This document shows, one piece after another, positions 53,671 through 64,000 of a stretch of 64,000 bases of DNA (position 1 is its first letter; the number at the start of each line of letters is the position of its first letter). Below the pieces are notes generated by a model. That model saw nothing but the letters and a program-made list of their open reading frames with translations. It did no database searches and had not been told where the DNA came from. The stretch covers positions 1,385 through 65,384 of the forward strand of contig SVJD01000002.1 of NCBI GenBank assembly GCA_015069165.1, written 5' to 3'. Origin of the DNA: Oscillospiraceae bacterium. Its GTDB lineage: Bacteria > Bacillota > Clostridia > UBA1212 > UBA1255. The position numbers and the translations under genes were made by a program.

Positions 53671-55113
53671 ATGAAGAATTTATATAAAATAACATCAGAA
53701 TACATATTAAGCAGAACTGTATATAAAGTATTATTTATAATATCCACTATGCTCATAGCCGTTCCTTACATAAGAGAAAGAATTTTATCCATCTCTGATT
53801 TTATGTTGATTTATGGCTTTGTAATAGTTGGTTTTGAGCTTATAACAGGTAAATTGTTGAGTGCATTGCGTTCCACAAAAACGGTATGGTTTTTGGGAGG
53901 CTTTGCACTTTCTTATTCAATTACAATATTGATAAATAAAACCCATATTTACGGCGGCTTTAGGAGTCTTGCCTTTATGGTGCTTGCGTTTATACTTTTC
54001 TTTTTGTTTCCCCAAGGCATAACAAAAGAAAAAGTAATAAAAGAAATGGAGCTTGTGTCAGCTACCATTATATTTTGTACTTTTGTTTACAGTTTTGCAT
54101 CCTTTGTAATGTTTGTGTTTTCTTTGAGCGGTGCATATTTTACAGGGGATTATCAAGCATACTACGGAATGTTCGAGTCGCGCCTCTGGGGTCTTTATAA
54201 TCCGAATACGGGAGCGACACTTACTATTATTTCTATTTTGCTTTCTGTTGCTTTTATTTTGGCATATAAAAAGAAAAGGGTAAGAATTCCTTTAAGTTTT
54301 AACATATTTATACAATTTTCAGTAATGCTGCTTACCGGTTCAAGAGCAGGTTATTATGTACTTGCCGGCGTGGTTGCTTTCTGTACATTTTTCGGAATTG
54401 TATATAAAATGCAGCGATTTACGATTAAAACAGCTATTTTATCAGTTGCCTCGGCTGTTTTGTCATTAGGGTTGTTTTTTGCTGCCGGTGCTTTGTTGAG
54501 AGAGGGGTTGGCATATGTTCCCGGTTTGACTGAATATATACTGTCTGATTCCGATAATTCAACAGGTGATGATTCCGGAGATAAAGATGTCATAGAAAAA
54601 GTGGATTTGGAAAGAAACGATTTATTACTTTCAGAAGATCAAGGAGCTTTTGCAAATCGTGTGGATATTTGGCAAGCTTGTTTTGAAGAGTTCCTGGAAG
54701 CTCCTGTTTTTGGAGTCGGAAGAGAAAATCTTGTAGAAAAAACAGCAGATAAATTTAAGAACGATCAATGGATATATTTCTTTAAATATGGCAGCACACA
54801 TAACGTTTATCTTTGTGTGCTTGTGTCTTCAGGTATTATAGGTTTCTTATTATTGGGCTCTTTTGCAGCAGTTACAGTATTGCGCTCTTCTAAAACGTTA
54901 GTAAAAACATATAAAAAAGTCGGCACATGGTTTTTGATGTCATTTGTTTTGTGTTTGATGATGTATGCAACAGAATTCGTCGAAACGCGGATACTTTATA
55001 AAATAAGCATATTCGGCGTGGTGTTCTGGATATACTGTGGATACATGTACAAACTTTCCAAAATAGAAAGAATAGAAAAATCAGAACAACTCACGCCGAA
55101 TAACAACGATTAA
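53671..55113 (+). CDS. O-antigen ligase/polymerase-family (Wzy_C) membrane protein
   Basis: At least ten TM segments, the LLTGSRAGYY motif and a large extracytoplasmic loop. Confidence 0.65.
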   Translation: MKNLYKITSEYILSRTVYKVLFIISTMLIAVPYIRERILSISDFMLIYGFVIVGFELITGKLLSALRSTKTVWFLGGFALSYSITILINKTHIYGGFRSLAFMVLAFILFFLFPQGITKEKVIKEMELVSATIIFCTFVYSFASFVMFVFSLSGAYFTGDYQAYYGMFESRLWGLYNPNTGATLTIISILLSVAFILAYKKKRVRIPLSFNIFIQFSVMLLTGSRAGYYVLAGVVAFCTFFGIVYKMQRFTIKTAILSVASAVLSLGLFFAAGALLREGLAYVPGLTEYILSDSDNSTGDDSGDKDVIEKVDLERNDLLLSEDQGAFANRVDIWQACFEEFLEAPVFGVGRENLVEKTADKFKNDQWIYFFKYGSTHNVYLCVLVSSGIIGFLLLGSFAAVTVLRSSKTLVKTYKKVGTWFLMSFVLCLMMYATEFVETRILYKISIFGVVFWIYCGYMYKLSKIERIEKSEQLTPNNND

Positions 55114-55131
55114 ATTTTTATTATTTTAATA

Positions 55132-56487
55132 TCAGTTAAAGAATTCGTTATACAAAGCAATTACAGAAGGTTTTGCATCTTTTGCTTCAACACCGAACAT
55201 TATGCTTACCTCGGATGAACCTTGGTTAATCATGCGAATGTTAATCTTTGCTTTTGCAAAGGCTGCCGTAGCACGTGTAGAAACACCGACATTTTTAGTC
55301 ATTCCGCGGCCTACAAGCATAACGATTGCTTGGTCTTTGTCAACAGTAACAGAGTCTGCTGATAAATCTTCTTTGTATCTTTTTACAATTCTTTCCAATT
55401 TCTCGGGAGGACAATTTTTCTCACGGATGATAAGTGAAATACTGTCGATTCCAGAGGGCATATGCTCAAAAGAAACGCCTTCTTCTTCAAGAATTTTTAA
55501 AAGACTGCATCCGTAACCGATAAGGCGGTTCATCATGTATTTGTAAACATGAATTGTCATAAAGCCTGTGTCTGCAGCAATACCTGCAACAGGTAATGTG
55601 GGCTTCGGTGCTGTTTTATCGGGAACAATGAATGTTCCGGGAGCATCCGGATTGTTTGTATTACGGATATTAACGGGAATTCCTTTTTTATAAACAGGAG
55701 CTAATGCTTCTTCATGCAATACGCTGAATCCCGCATAAGAAAGCTCTCTCATTTCCTCGTAAGTGAAAAGAGGAATAGGGAAGGGGTTTTCTATTAATTT
55801 AGGATTAGCTGCATATACAAAATCTACGTCAGTAAAGTTCTCATAAACATCTGCATTAACGGCTGCTGCCAAAATTCCGCCTGTAACGTCGGAACCGCCG
55901 CGTGAAAATGTAACAACATCGCCGTCTTCTGAATATCCGAAGAAACCGGGGAAAATCATTATTGTGTCACGCTGGGCAAGTTTAGACAAAAGCTCGTAAG
56001 AATGGGGGAGAACTTGTGCATTGCCGAATTCGTTGCTCAAAATCATACCAGCTTCTTTGGGGTCGATGTACTCTGCGTTTTCTCCTATGCTTTGCAAGTA
56101 GCAAGCTACCAACTTAGCGGAGTTATCTTCGCCTGCGGCTTTGAGCAAATCTTCAAACATCCCGTAGTTGTCGGAATATTTTGCCATTCTTCCAAGTAAA
56201 TCGTCTTTTATAACTTTAACAATTTCTTTTCCCAAATGTAAATCTTTTGCAATGCTTGCGTAACGCTCTACAACTGCATCGAGAGCTGCGTCTTTATTTT
56301 CGTTGTCACGGCAAGCTACAGCAAGACTTATAAGTAAGTCAGTTACTTTTGTGTCATTGCCGTCGCGTTTTCCGGGTGCGGAAACAACAACGATTCTTCT
56401 TTGTCTGTCAGATTGAACGATACTGCAAACTTTTTTTATTTGTTTGGCATCAGCAAGAGAGCTTCCGCCGAATTTTATGACCTTCAT
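55132..56487 (-). CDS. lysC: Aspartate kinase
   Basis: MKVIKFGGSSLAD, VVVSAPG, FSRGGSDVTG and C-terminal ACT domains. Confidence 0.92.
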   Translation of the reverse strand: MKVIKFGGSSLADAKQIKKVCSIVQSDRQRRIVVVSAPGKRDGNDTKVTDLLISLAVACRDNENKDAALDAVVERYASIAKDLHLGKEIVKVIKDDLLGRMAKYSDNYGMFEDLLKAAGEDNSAKLVACYLQSIGENAEYIDPKEAGMILSNEFGNAQVLPHSYELLSKLAQRDTIMIFPGFFGYSEDGDVVTFSRGGSDVTGGILAAAVNADVYENFTDVDFVYAANPKLIENPFPIPLFTYEEMRELSYAGFSVLHEEALAPVYKKGIPVNIRNTNNPDAPGTFIVPDKTAPKPTLPVAGIAADTGFMTIHVYKYMMNRLIGYGCSLLKILEEEGVSFEHMPSGIDSISLIIREKNCPPEKLERIVKRYKEDLSADSVTVDKDQAIVMLVGRGMTKNVGVSTRATAAFAKAKINIRMINQGSSEVSIMFGVEAKDAKPSVIALYNEFFN

Positions 56488-56505
56488 ATTAACACCTCTG
56501 AAAAA

Positions 56506-57762
56506 TTATTCAGCAACACGCATTGTGTATGTTACTGCTTCTATGCCGGAACATTTTGTAAGCTCTGCGCATTTGTTGTTGAGCTCTGCTTCTGAACAAT
56601 AGTCAGTAATAAATGCGGCTGTTGAGTTATCGGAAAGTGCGTAACCCAAGTAAACTGTTTTTTCTCCGAATACAGAATTTATTTTAGCTTTGAGTTCTTC
56701 GCTTTCTGAATCATTGAATTCTGCTTTGATACGAACGTAGAAACGCTCTTTTTCATCAGAATCCTTAACTATTACTGCAGCATTATCTACAAAAGCAGGG
56801 AGATTCTGTCTTTCGGGAGCTTCAAGAATTTCAATGATATCACCCAAAATAGCACTTGCTGTAGCAAGTTTTCCTGCGCCTTGTCCGTAGAAAAGTGAAT
56901 CGCCTGTATATGAGCCGCGTACGAGAATTGCGTTGTAAACAGAGTTAACCGCAGCAAGCATACTGTTCTTTGAAACGAGCTTAGGCTCAACACTTACGCG
57001 AACGCCTTTGTCAGTAATTTTACTGCCGGCAATAAGTTTAATTGCGTAGCCGCCTGTAGCAGCTAATTCGTGGTCGGCATAAACAACATTTCTGATACCA
57101 ATGCACTTAACGTCTTCAAAGTCTACAAAGCCATTATATGCAATTGAAGAAAGGATTGCTATTTTACGAGCGGCATCGAAACCGTCAACATCGGCAGTAG
57201 GATCAGCCTCGGCATAACCTTTTGCTTGCGCATCTTTCAAAATATCATCGAAAGACATCTTGTCCTTGTACATACCTGTAAGCATATAGTTTGTAGTTCC
57301 GTTCAAGATACCTTGAATTTCGCAGATATCGTTTGCTGATAAGCAGATATTCATGGGACGGATTATCGGGATACCGCCGCCTACGCTTGCTTCGTAAAGG
57401 AAACGCACGTTATTTTCGTAAGCGAGCTTTGTGAGTTCGCGTCCGTAAGCGGCAACAACGGCTTTGTTTGAAGTTACAACGTGTTTTCCTGCTTTTAAAG
57501 CGGCAAAACATCTGTCTGCAGCCAAATCAAGACCGCCGATTGTAACAACCACAAGGTTTATTGAATCGTCTTCGAAAACTTCCGCAGGCTCAGTTACAAG
57601 ATACGGAGCATACGGAGTACCGTCCATATTTTTTATATCAAGAATCTTTGTTAATTTTACTTTGCGGTTAAAACGTTTGCTGAGTTCTTCTTGTTTGTCG
57701 AAAAGAATATCGGCAACACCGGAACCAACTACGCCGCATCCTAAGATAGCTATATTAAACAT
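56506..57762 (-). CDS. hom: Homoserine dehydrogenase
   Basis: IAILGCGVVGSGV (Rossmann fold), GILNGTTNYML and a C-terminal ACT domain. Confidence 0.92.
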   Translation of the reverse strand: MFNIAILGCGVVGSGVADILFDKQEELSKRFNRKVKLTKILDIKNMDGTPYAPYLVTEPAEVFEDDSINLVVVTIGGLDLAADRCFAALKAGKHVVTSNKAVVAAYGRELTKLAYENNVRFLYEASVGGGIPIIRPMNICLSANDICEIQGILNGTTNYMLTGMYKDKMSFDDILKDAQAKGYAEADPTADVDGFDAARKIAILSSIAYNGFVDFEDVKCIGIRNVVYADHELAATGGYAIKLIAGSKITDKGVRVSVEPKLVSKNSMLAAVNSVYNAILVRGSYTGDSLFYGQGAGKLATASAILGDIIEILEAPERQNLPAFVDNAAVIVKDSDEKERFYVRIKAEFNDSESEELKAKINSVFGEKTVYLGYALSDNSTAAFITDYCSEAELNNKCAELTKCSGIEAVTYTMRVAE

Positions 57763-57786
57763 TTTGTCCTCCTAATTATAATAGAA

Positions 57787-59280
57787 TTACTGTAAAAATT
57801 CGTCTACCTCGTTTTTCATGTCAGAAACATTGCATATTCTCTTATGCAAAACAGGCTTTTTGTCCAAGTCACGAAGCGGAACAGGGATTTCCCAACCGGT
57901 TTTCTCTGACAATTCTTCGAGAATTTCAAATTCGTTTTTGTTTTCTACTGAATCCTCTCCGAAAAGTGATTCGGCAACAGTTTTATTGAATTTAAACGGG
58001 CTTGCCGTAGAAACAGCAACGGCAGGAGTTGTATCTCCCGTTGAAATAACGTATTTATCGTATACATCAATGCCGACAGCAGTATGAGGGTCAACCAAAT
58101 AATTGAATTCTTGGTGGATACTCTTGATTGTCTTGCGGCATTCGTTTTGGTTAGATGTAGAAGACCAGAAATACTTGCCGATGTTATCGGAAAGCTCTTT
58201 GTCTACGGAATATACGCCGTTTGCTTTCAAATCCTGCTGAAGTCTTGAAACTAAATCTGAATCTTCACCGGAAACATCATAAAGAAGACGCTCGAGATTT
58301 GAAGAAATCAAAATGTCCATAGCAGGAGAGATTGTAAGAATGAAAGGTCTGTTGCTGCTGTACACGCCTGTTGTGAGGAAGTCGGAAACAACATTGTTGT
58401 CATTTGTAGCACAAACAATTCTGTTAACGGGAAGTCCCGTTTTAGCGGCATAATAACACGCCAAAATATTACCGAAATTTCCTGTGGGTACAGCAAAGTT
58501 GATTTTATCGCCTAAGTTTAACTTGCCGTTTTTGACAAGAGCAAAGTAAGCGTAGTAATAATATACAACTTGGGGAAGAAGTCTTCCTATATTAATAGAG
58601 TTTGCAGAAGAAAGTGTGTAACCTCTTTCTTTGAGTAACTCTGCAAATTCTTTATCGCCGAAAATATTTTTAACACCTGTTTGAGCATCGTCGAAATTAC
58701 CGCGAACTGCAACAACAGAAAGATTACCGCCCTCTTGTGTTATCATTTGTGTTTTTTGCATTTCGCTAACGCCTTCTGCAGGATAGAATACTAAAATCTT
58801 TACATTTTCAGCATCTTTAAAGCCTGCAAGAGCAGCTTTTCCGGTATCACCGGAAGTGGCGGTCAAAATTGCAATTTTATTGTGCTTTTTACTCTTTTTT
58901 ATAGCAACGGACATAAACTCAGGCAAAATTTGAAGAGCCATATCCTTAAAAGCAGAAGTGGGGCCGTGCCACAACTCAAGCACGCTCAAAGTATTACTGA
59001 GAACGGAAAGGGGAGTGGGCTCATCAGGGAAACTTCCGTCTGCATACGCATTTTTAACGCAAGCATCAAGTTCCTCTTTAGTGAAATCATCTGCAAATGC
59101 GGAAAAAATTTCACTTGCCAATTCACAATAGCTCATATTGCAAAATCTGTTAAGGTCGTCAGCACTGAATTTAGGGAATTCCACCGGAACGAAAAGGCCT
59201 CCGTCGGGAGCTATTCCTGTTAAAACAGCATCTGAAAAGCTGTATTGTTCTGAATATCCCCTTGAACTTTTATACATCAT
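57787..59280 (-). CDS. thrC: Threonine synthase
   Basis: MMYKSSRG..., HGPTSAFKDMALQ (PLP-binding Lys) and ATSGDTG. Start ATG 59280 follows GGAGTG. Confidence 0.92.
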   Translation of the reverse strand: MMYKSSRGYSEQYSFSDAVLTGIAPDGGLFVPVEFPKFSADDLNRFCNMSYCELASEIFSAFADDFTKEELDACVKNAYADGSFPDEPTPLSVLSNTLSVLELWHGPTSAFKDMALQILPEFMSVAIKKSKKHNKIAILTATSGDTGKAALAGFKDAENVKILVFYPAEGVSEMQKTQMITQEGGNLSVVAVRGNFDDAQTGVKNIFGDKEFAELLKERGYTLSSANSINIGRLLPQVVYYYYAYFALVKNGKLNLGDKINFAVPTGNFGNILACYYAAKTGLPVNRIVCATNDNNVVSDFLTTGVYSSNRPFILTISPAMDILISSNLERLLYDVSGEDSDLVSRLQQDLKANGVYSVDKELSDNIGKYFWSSTSNQNECRKTIKSIHQEFNYLVDPHTAVGIDVYDKYVISTGDTTPAVAVSTASPFKFNKTVAESLFGEDSVENKNEFEILEELSEKTGWEIPVPLRDLDKKPVLHKRICNVSDMKNEVDEFLQ

Positions 59281-59448
59281 TTTTAAAATCACTCCAAAGT
59301 AAAAAAAGTCTTTCGTCTATGTATAAAGACACAAATTCTATAATAAACAGCATAGAGGGAAAAGTCAAGAATTTTGTGTACTTTTCTTAATTATAATAGT
59401 ATAATAAATACAACAATGATATAGTCAAATTCGGAGGCGTTTGATATT

Positions 59449-60906
59449 ATGAATAAACTTGATATTTTTAAGGAAAAAATTGCCGCAGCTAAAATAGCTG
59501 TGCTTGGGTTAGGAATCAGCAATGTGCCGCTGATTCGTTTTTTGTATAACTCCGGTGCACGAAATATTACGGCTTACGATAAATTTGCAAGTCCGCAAGT
59601 ACTTGTAAACATAGAAACATTAAAAAATGACGGCATGATTGAAAGAGCAATTACGGGAGAGGATTATTTAGAGGGGATTCCGTCTGAAAATTATGATATT
59701 ATTTTTAAATCTCCCATAATCAGACCTGATGTTGCACCTTTGGTTAAAGCAGTGGAACAAGGTGCTGTATTGACTTCTGAAATGGAGCTGTTTTTTGAAC
59801 TTTGTCCGTGTAAAACTTACGGAATCACAGGCAGTGACGGCAAAACTACAACTACGACTCTCACGCACAAACTTTTATCTGCTCATTATGAGGGCACAGA
59901 CACTAACGTTTGGCTTGGCGGCAATATAGGAAGACCGCTTATTGACATTTTGCCGGAAATCAAATCAAGTGATGCAGCAGTGTTGGAGCTGTCAAGTTTC
60001 CAATTAATGACAATGAAAAAGAGCCCCGACGTGTCAGTTATCACTAATATTACGCCGAATCACCTTGATGTACATAAAGATTATAACGAATATATTGATG
60101 CAAAGACAAAAATATTCAAACATCAAAATTCTGACGGTGTAGTTGTTTTAAATGCCCAAAATGAGGTTACATCCGGTATTTCTTCACAGTGTATTGCAGA
60201 AAGTAGAAAAGTGCGTATGTTTTCTGTGGCTAACAGCAGTGTTGATGATTTTGAAAAGGGCGCAAACGGTTACGGCTTTATGAAAGACGGCAAACTTGAA
60301 TATGTTTCTGCAGGTGCAAACGGTATTGAAACAAAATTCAGTATAGAGCGTTCAGAACTTAAGGTTCCCGGAAATTTTAACGGAGAAAATTTGTTGACAG
60401 CAATTGCAGCTTGTGCAGATGTTATAAATCAAGCGGATATTCAGAAAGTTACACAAGAATTCAGAGGAGTTCCCCACAGATGCGAACTTATCCGCGAACT
60501 TGACGGAGTTAAATATTACAACAGTTCAATCGACAGCAGTCCTAACAGAACTATTCAGACACTTTCGGTATTTGACGGAAATGTGGTTATGATTGCAGGC
60601 GGTAAGGACAAAAACATTCCTTATGATGCGATTGGCCCTGTAATTTGCGAAAAAGTAAAAGTTCTTATTTTAATAGGACCTACTGCTGAAAAAATCGAGA
60701 CAGCAGTGAGAAATTGCGATAAATTTGATGAGAAAAATATAAAAATTTTCCATTTCAATAATTATAAAGATGCGGTACAATGCGCGTATGAGAATTCGGT
60801 ATCGGGTGATTGTGTGTTGCTTTCATCTGCCAGCACAAGTTTCGACCTTTTCAGGAACTTTGAGGAGCGTGGAAAGGTGTTCAAAGAACTTGTACTTGGT
60901 TTATAA
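59449..60906 (+). CDS. murD: UDP-N-acetylmuramoylalanine--D-glutamate ligase
   Basis: GITGSDGKTTTTTL (Mur ligase P-loop), NITPNHLDVH and GVPHRCE. Confidence 0.85.
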   Translation: MNKLDIFKEKIAAAKIAVLGLGISNVPLIRFLYNSGARNITAYDKFASPQVLVNIETLKNDGMIERAITGEDYLEGIPSENYDIIFKSPIIRPDVAPLVKAVEQGAVLTSEMELFFELCPCKTYGITGSDGKTTTTTLTHKLLSAHYEGTDTNVWLGGNIGRPLIDILPEIKSSDAAVLELSSFQLMTMKKSPDVSVITNITPNHLDVHKDYNEYIDAKTKIFKHQNSDGVVVLNAQNEVTSGISSQCIAESRKVRMFSVANSSVDDFEKGANGYGFMKDGKLEYVSAGANGIETKFSIERSELKVPGNFNGENLLTAIAACADVINQADIQKVTQEFRGVPHRCELIRELDGVKYYNSSIDSSPNRTIQTLSVFDGNVVMIAGGKDKNIPYDAIGPVICEKVKVLILIGPTAEKIETAVRNCDKFDEKNIKIFHFNNYKDAVQCAYENSVSGDCVLLSSASTSFDLFRNFEERGKVFKELVLGL

Positions 60907-60956
60907 TTATTTACAATTTGAACATAAATAAAACCATGTTAATTGGCAATTTGTTA

Positions 60957-60985
60957 TTGACACTTTTGCCTGAAATATATATAAT
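60957..60985 (+). promoter_or_regulatory. Consensus-like promoter of the downstream large gene
   Basis: TTGACA (60957-60962), 17-nt spacer, TATAAT (60980-60985). Confidence 0.55.
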
Positions 60986-61066
60986 TCTTTTGTTTAGATT
61001 GCCCAAAAAGGCATAGTGATAATTATTATCGTTTTTATAACCAATATATCACGGAAGGTTGATCGT

Positions 61067-64000
61067 ATGACTAAGAAAAAAAAGAAGACAATTCGCATAG
61101 CGATCGTCGTGGTTGCTTTGGTACTTATTGCTTCTATTGCGTTTGTTATTTTCGGCGATAACGACGCAGAGGCTGTACAGTACAACTTTGACAACTATGA
61201 TGAAATGGAGTTTAATCCTTTCGTTACGAATGAAGAGCGTTTGGACAACAGCTTTTTGGAATACGGTAAGGTTCTGACAAAGTATGCGTCCAAGGATTAC
61301 AAGTATTACACCGGAGATCCTATCAAGGTTGATATAGCCGGACTTATTAAGGATTCACACACGAGTACCGTAAGTAAGCTTGCTGCATTGAAAGAAAAAT
61401 ACGGTGTTACGGCAGTTGATGAAAAGGATTATACTGCAGAAGGTCTTGCAAATTATTTGACAGGCGCGAAGCTTAAAGATTTCCTTTCTCAATATAATGA
61501 GCTTAAGGAGTCTGAGGTATTTCTTTTAAGCGAAATAGATACTTTCAGTGATGGAGTAAAATATACAGATAAGAGTGATAATTCCGAGAAGAAGATTTCT
61601 TTGGAAGATATTGCTGATTCATTATATGTTTCACAGACAGGTACAGAGCTGCAATTTGAAATTAAAGTAGAAGAAGCAGGTCTGTATTCACTCTTTATTG
61701 AATATTTGATGCTTGAGGGCCGTGATACAGATATGCTCGTTGAACTCAGCGTTGATGGCAAGCATCCTTTCCTTGAGGCTTCGAACATGGCTCTTAAGAG
61801 AATGTACACTTTCTACGATTACGAGTATGAGGCTAACAAAGACGTTGTGGGCAATCAGATTCGTCCTAAGACACAGGAGGTTTACGGTTGGCAAGAAACA
61901 GTAATGTCAAACCCTGACGGACTTTACAGAAATCCTTATCGTTTCTACCTCCAAAAGGGTACACACAAGATTTCTCTTACTTTCTCAAGAGAACCGGGTG
62001 CTATCAGAACAATCGAGTTTATTGCTCCTGTTGTAAATCCTTCATACGAAGATTATAAGACACAAAATGGTTTTTCTGATTCTGCCGCTTATACAGGTGA
62101 TGCAGTTAAAAAAGAAATGGAAGTTCCGGATTGGACAACAAGTATCAGTACAAGAATGGAAACTGACAATGATTATTACACAACATCAGAAGCAGGCATT
62201 CCTTCTTATGAGGCTACATTGTTTAACATCTTCGGCGGTGACAAATGGTCAGTAGGCGGAGATAATGTTGAGTGGACATTTACAGTACCGCAAACAGGTT
62301 GGTATGAATTAGGCTTCCGTTATAAATCACAATTTACATACGTTTCATCTTTCAAAGAAATAAAAATTGACGGTGTTATACCGTTTGCCGAAATGGAAGA
62401 GTATTGTTTCCCTTATGTTGACGGATGGACAGCAATCTCATTGCTTGATGCTGAACAGAATCCGTACCTTTTCTATTTAGAGGAAGGCGAGCATACTATT
62501 TCAATCGGAAATAAAATAGGACCTCTTCGTCATTCTCTTCAGAAAATTGAAGAATCAATGGATTCTATTTCAACTCTTGTAAATAAAATTGTTAAAATCA
62601 CTGCTTCTGCCCGTACTTCATCAGGCGGATATTCAGTAGATAAAAACAGAGACTACGACTTACAACTTTATATTCCTACAATTCAAGAAGATATGAAAAC
62701 ATATATGAATCTCTTTGAGGATTGTTACGAAAACATTATTTTGTTAAACGGCGGTAAAGTTACTTCTTATGCATCAGCAGTTAAAGTTGCAAGAGACTTA
62801 TTCGAAGACTTTAGCAAAGATTTGGAAAAAGTAGCTATTTCGCTTAACGATATTACAAATGCGCAAACAGGTTTGAGTAATACAATGGTTTCAATTAAAG
62901 AGCAGCCTATAGCTATTGACTATATGGTAGCTGCTCCTAAGGATTATCAATATCCGGATTCAACCAGCAGTTTGTGGCAGAGCTTCTATGTTGGCGCAGT
63001 AAGATTTATTAATTCATTTAAAAACTACAGATACGAAAATGCAGGTGCTCGTGAAGATTTAGACACAGACGGTATGCCTGAAATTGAAGTATACGTTGCA
63101 AGAGGTCGTGAACACGTTGATATAATGCGTAATATGGTAAGTGAGCAGTTCACTCCCGAGTATGGTATTAAAGTTAATATCAACATGGTTGCCGGTTCTT
63201 CAGAAGGCTTGATCATGCCTCGTTATGTTGCCGGAACTGCACCGGACCTTGCTATTTCAATTGCTGCCGGTAACGTATTTGAATTTGCTATCAGAGGTGC
63301 TTTGGCTCCTTTGAATGAAATTTCAGTTGATAATTATAATGGCGTTGATGTAATGAGCTTTGAAGAATTGTGGAAGAACACTGACAATCCGTACGGTTTG
63401 CAGTCTTACCATGATGAAGCATTTGTTCCTTATCTTTATAAAGGCGACTACTATGCTTTCCCCGAAACTCAAAACTGGAACGCTTTGTTCTACAGAACAG
63501 ACATTTTTGAAACATTAGGTATTGAGCCGCCCGATACATGGGAAGAGGTTTATGACATATTACCTACATTGTCAAATTCAGGATATGATTTCTGCTATAA
63601 CTACAATGTTGCAGGTTTCACACCGTTCCTCTATCAGTATGGTGCAGATTTCTATGATGCAAATGCTATGCAGTCTGCTTTGACTACAGAAGATGCTTAC
63701 AATGCATTTATGGAATTCTCTGATTTGTATCTCCAATACAACTTTGTATATGCTGCAAACTTCTACATGAGATTTAAATCAGGTGAGATGCCTATCGGTA
63801 TTGCAGATATGACTTTCTATCAACAACTTAACTATTCTGCTCCTGAACTTAACGGTAAATGGGCAATGACGGTTATCCCCGGCCATGTTAGAGTAAATGA
63901 GGAAACAGGCGAGGAATATGTTGACAGATCTGCAAGCGGCTTGGGTACTTGCTGTATTATAGTGAAACAGGATGATCCTAAGAAGCAAAACTATGAAGAG
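61067..64000 (+). CDS. Large membrane-anchored extracellular protein: N-terminal unknown/carbohydrate-binding-like region fused to an ABC-type solute-binding (SBP_bac_1-like) domain; continues beyond the window
   Basis: Absent from the ORF track because it has no in-window stop. Manual translation from ATG 61067 (GGAAGG upstream) gives 978 codons without a stop: MTKKKKKTIRIAIVVVALVLIASIAFVIF (TM anchor) ... GWYELGFRYKS ... a C-terminal part with SBP-like motifs (YKGDYYAFPETQNWNALFYRTDIFETLGIEPPDTWEEVYDILPTL). Confidence 0.7.
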   Translation, partial: MTKKKKKTIRIAIVVVALVLIASIAFVIFGDNDAEAVQYNFDNYDEMEFNPFVTNEERLDNSFLEYGKVLTKYASKDYKYYTGDPIKVDIAGLIKDSHTSTVSKLAALKEKYGVTAVDEKDYTAEGLANYLTGAKLKDFLSQYNELKESEVFLLSEIDTFSDGVKYTDKSDNSEKKISLEDIADSLYVSQTGTELQFEIKVEEAGLYSLFIEYLMLEGRDTDMLVELSVDGKHPFLEASNMALKRMYTFYDYEYEANKDVVGNQIRPKTQEVYGWQETVMSNPDGLYRNPYRFYLQKGTHKISLTFSREPGAIRTIEFIAPVVNPSYEDYKTQNGFSDSAAYTGDAVKKEMEVPDWTTSISTRMETDNDYYTTSEAGIPSYEATLFNIFGGDKWSVGGDNVEWTFTVPQTGWYELGFRYKSQFTYVSSFKEIKIDGVIPFAEMEEYCFPYVDGWTAISLLDAEQNPYLFYLEEGEHTISIGNKIGPLRHSLQKIEESMDSISTLVNKIVKITASARTSSGGYSVDKNRDYDLQLYIPTIQEDMKTYMNLFEDCYENIILLNGGKVTSYASAVKVARDLFEDFSKDLEKVAISLNDITNAQTGLSNTMVSIKEQPIAIDYMVAAPKDYQYPDSTSSLWQSFYVGAVRFINSFKNYRYENAGAREDLDTDGMPEIEVYVARGREHVDIMRNMVSEQFTPEYGIKVNINMVAGSSEGLIMPRYVAGTAPDLAISIAAGNVFEFAIRGALAPLNEISVDNYNGVDVMSFEELWKNTDNPYGLQSYHDEAFVPYLYKGDYYAFPETQNWNALFYRTDIFETLGIEPPDTWEEVYDILPTLSNSGYDFCYNYNVAGFTPFLYQYGADFYDANAMQSALTTEDAYNAFMEFSDLYLQYNFVYAANFYMRFKSGEMPIGIADMTFYQQLNYSAPELNGKWAMTVIPGHVRVNEETGEEYVDRSASGLGTCCIIVKQDDPKKQNYEE

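Overview
This is a 64-kb chromosomal window from a low-GC, spore-forming Firmicute. It looks Clostridia-like: sleB, the Prp protease with an N-extended L27, an IspH-S1 fusion, cdaA-cdaR, and a split PurO/PurH. The species cannot be determined from the window. There are about 60 protein genes, mostly on the plus strand and mostly housekeeping. They include mutL-miaA, a heterodimeric ABC exporter, yfhO, dapF, purO/purH, glf plus a GT2 glycosyltransferase, fhs, trx, cdaA-cdaR, cmk-plsC-ispH/rpsA, rpmB, a GH3 beta-glucosidase, ftsEX-ctpA, hslO, rplU-prp-rpmA-obg, ribU, thrC-hom-lysC and murD. RNA features are RNase P RNA (type A), tRNA-Glu(UUC), tRNA-Met(CAU) and an FMN riboswitch. No rRNA, CRISPR array, cas genes or prophage were recognised. 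The unusual or accessory content is as follows. (1) Two paralogous ~380-bp non-coding elements (2108-2490 and 52364-52744), each a conserved ~100-nt leader followed by five 53-bp palindrome-bearing tandem units. Both sit between divergent promoters, and I cannot assign them to a known family. (2) A tripartite split-HipA toxin-antitoxin cassette (HTH, HipA N-subdomain, HipA kinase; HipBST-like) with three operator palindromes. (3) An IS30-family insertion sequence with a Cys-rich insert in its transposase and reiterated subterminal motifs, inserted 12 bp upstream of a consensus tRNA promoter. (4) Two orphan lipoprotein genes. (5) A sensory-rhodopsin-transducer (ASRT) homologue with no rhodopsin gene in the window. 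All calls come from reading the translated ORFs, motifs and nucleotide structure by eye. No database search, folding or composition calculation was run.
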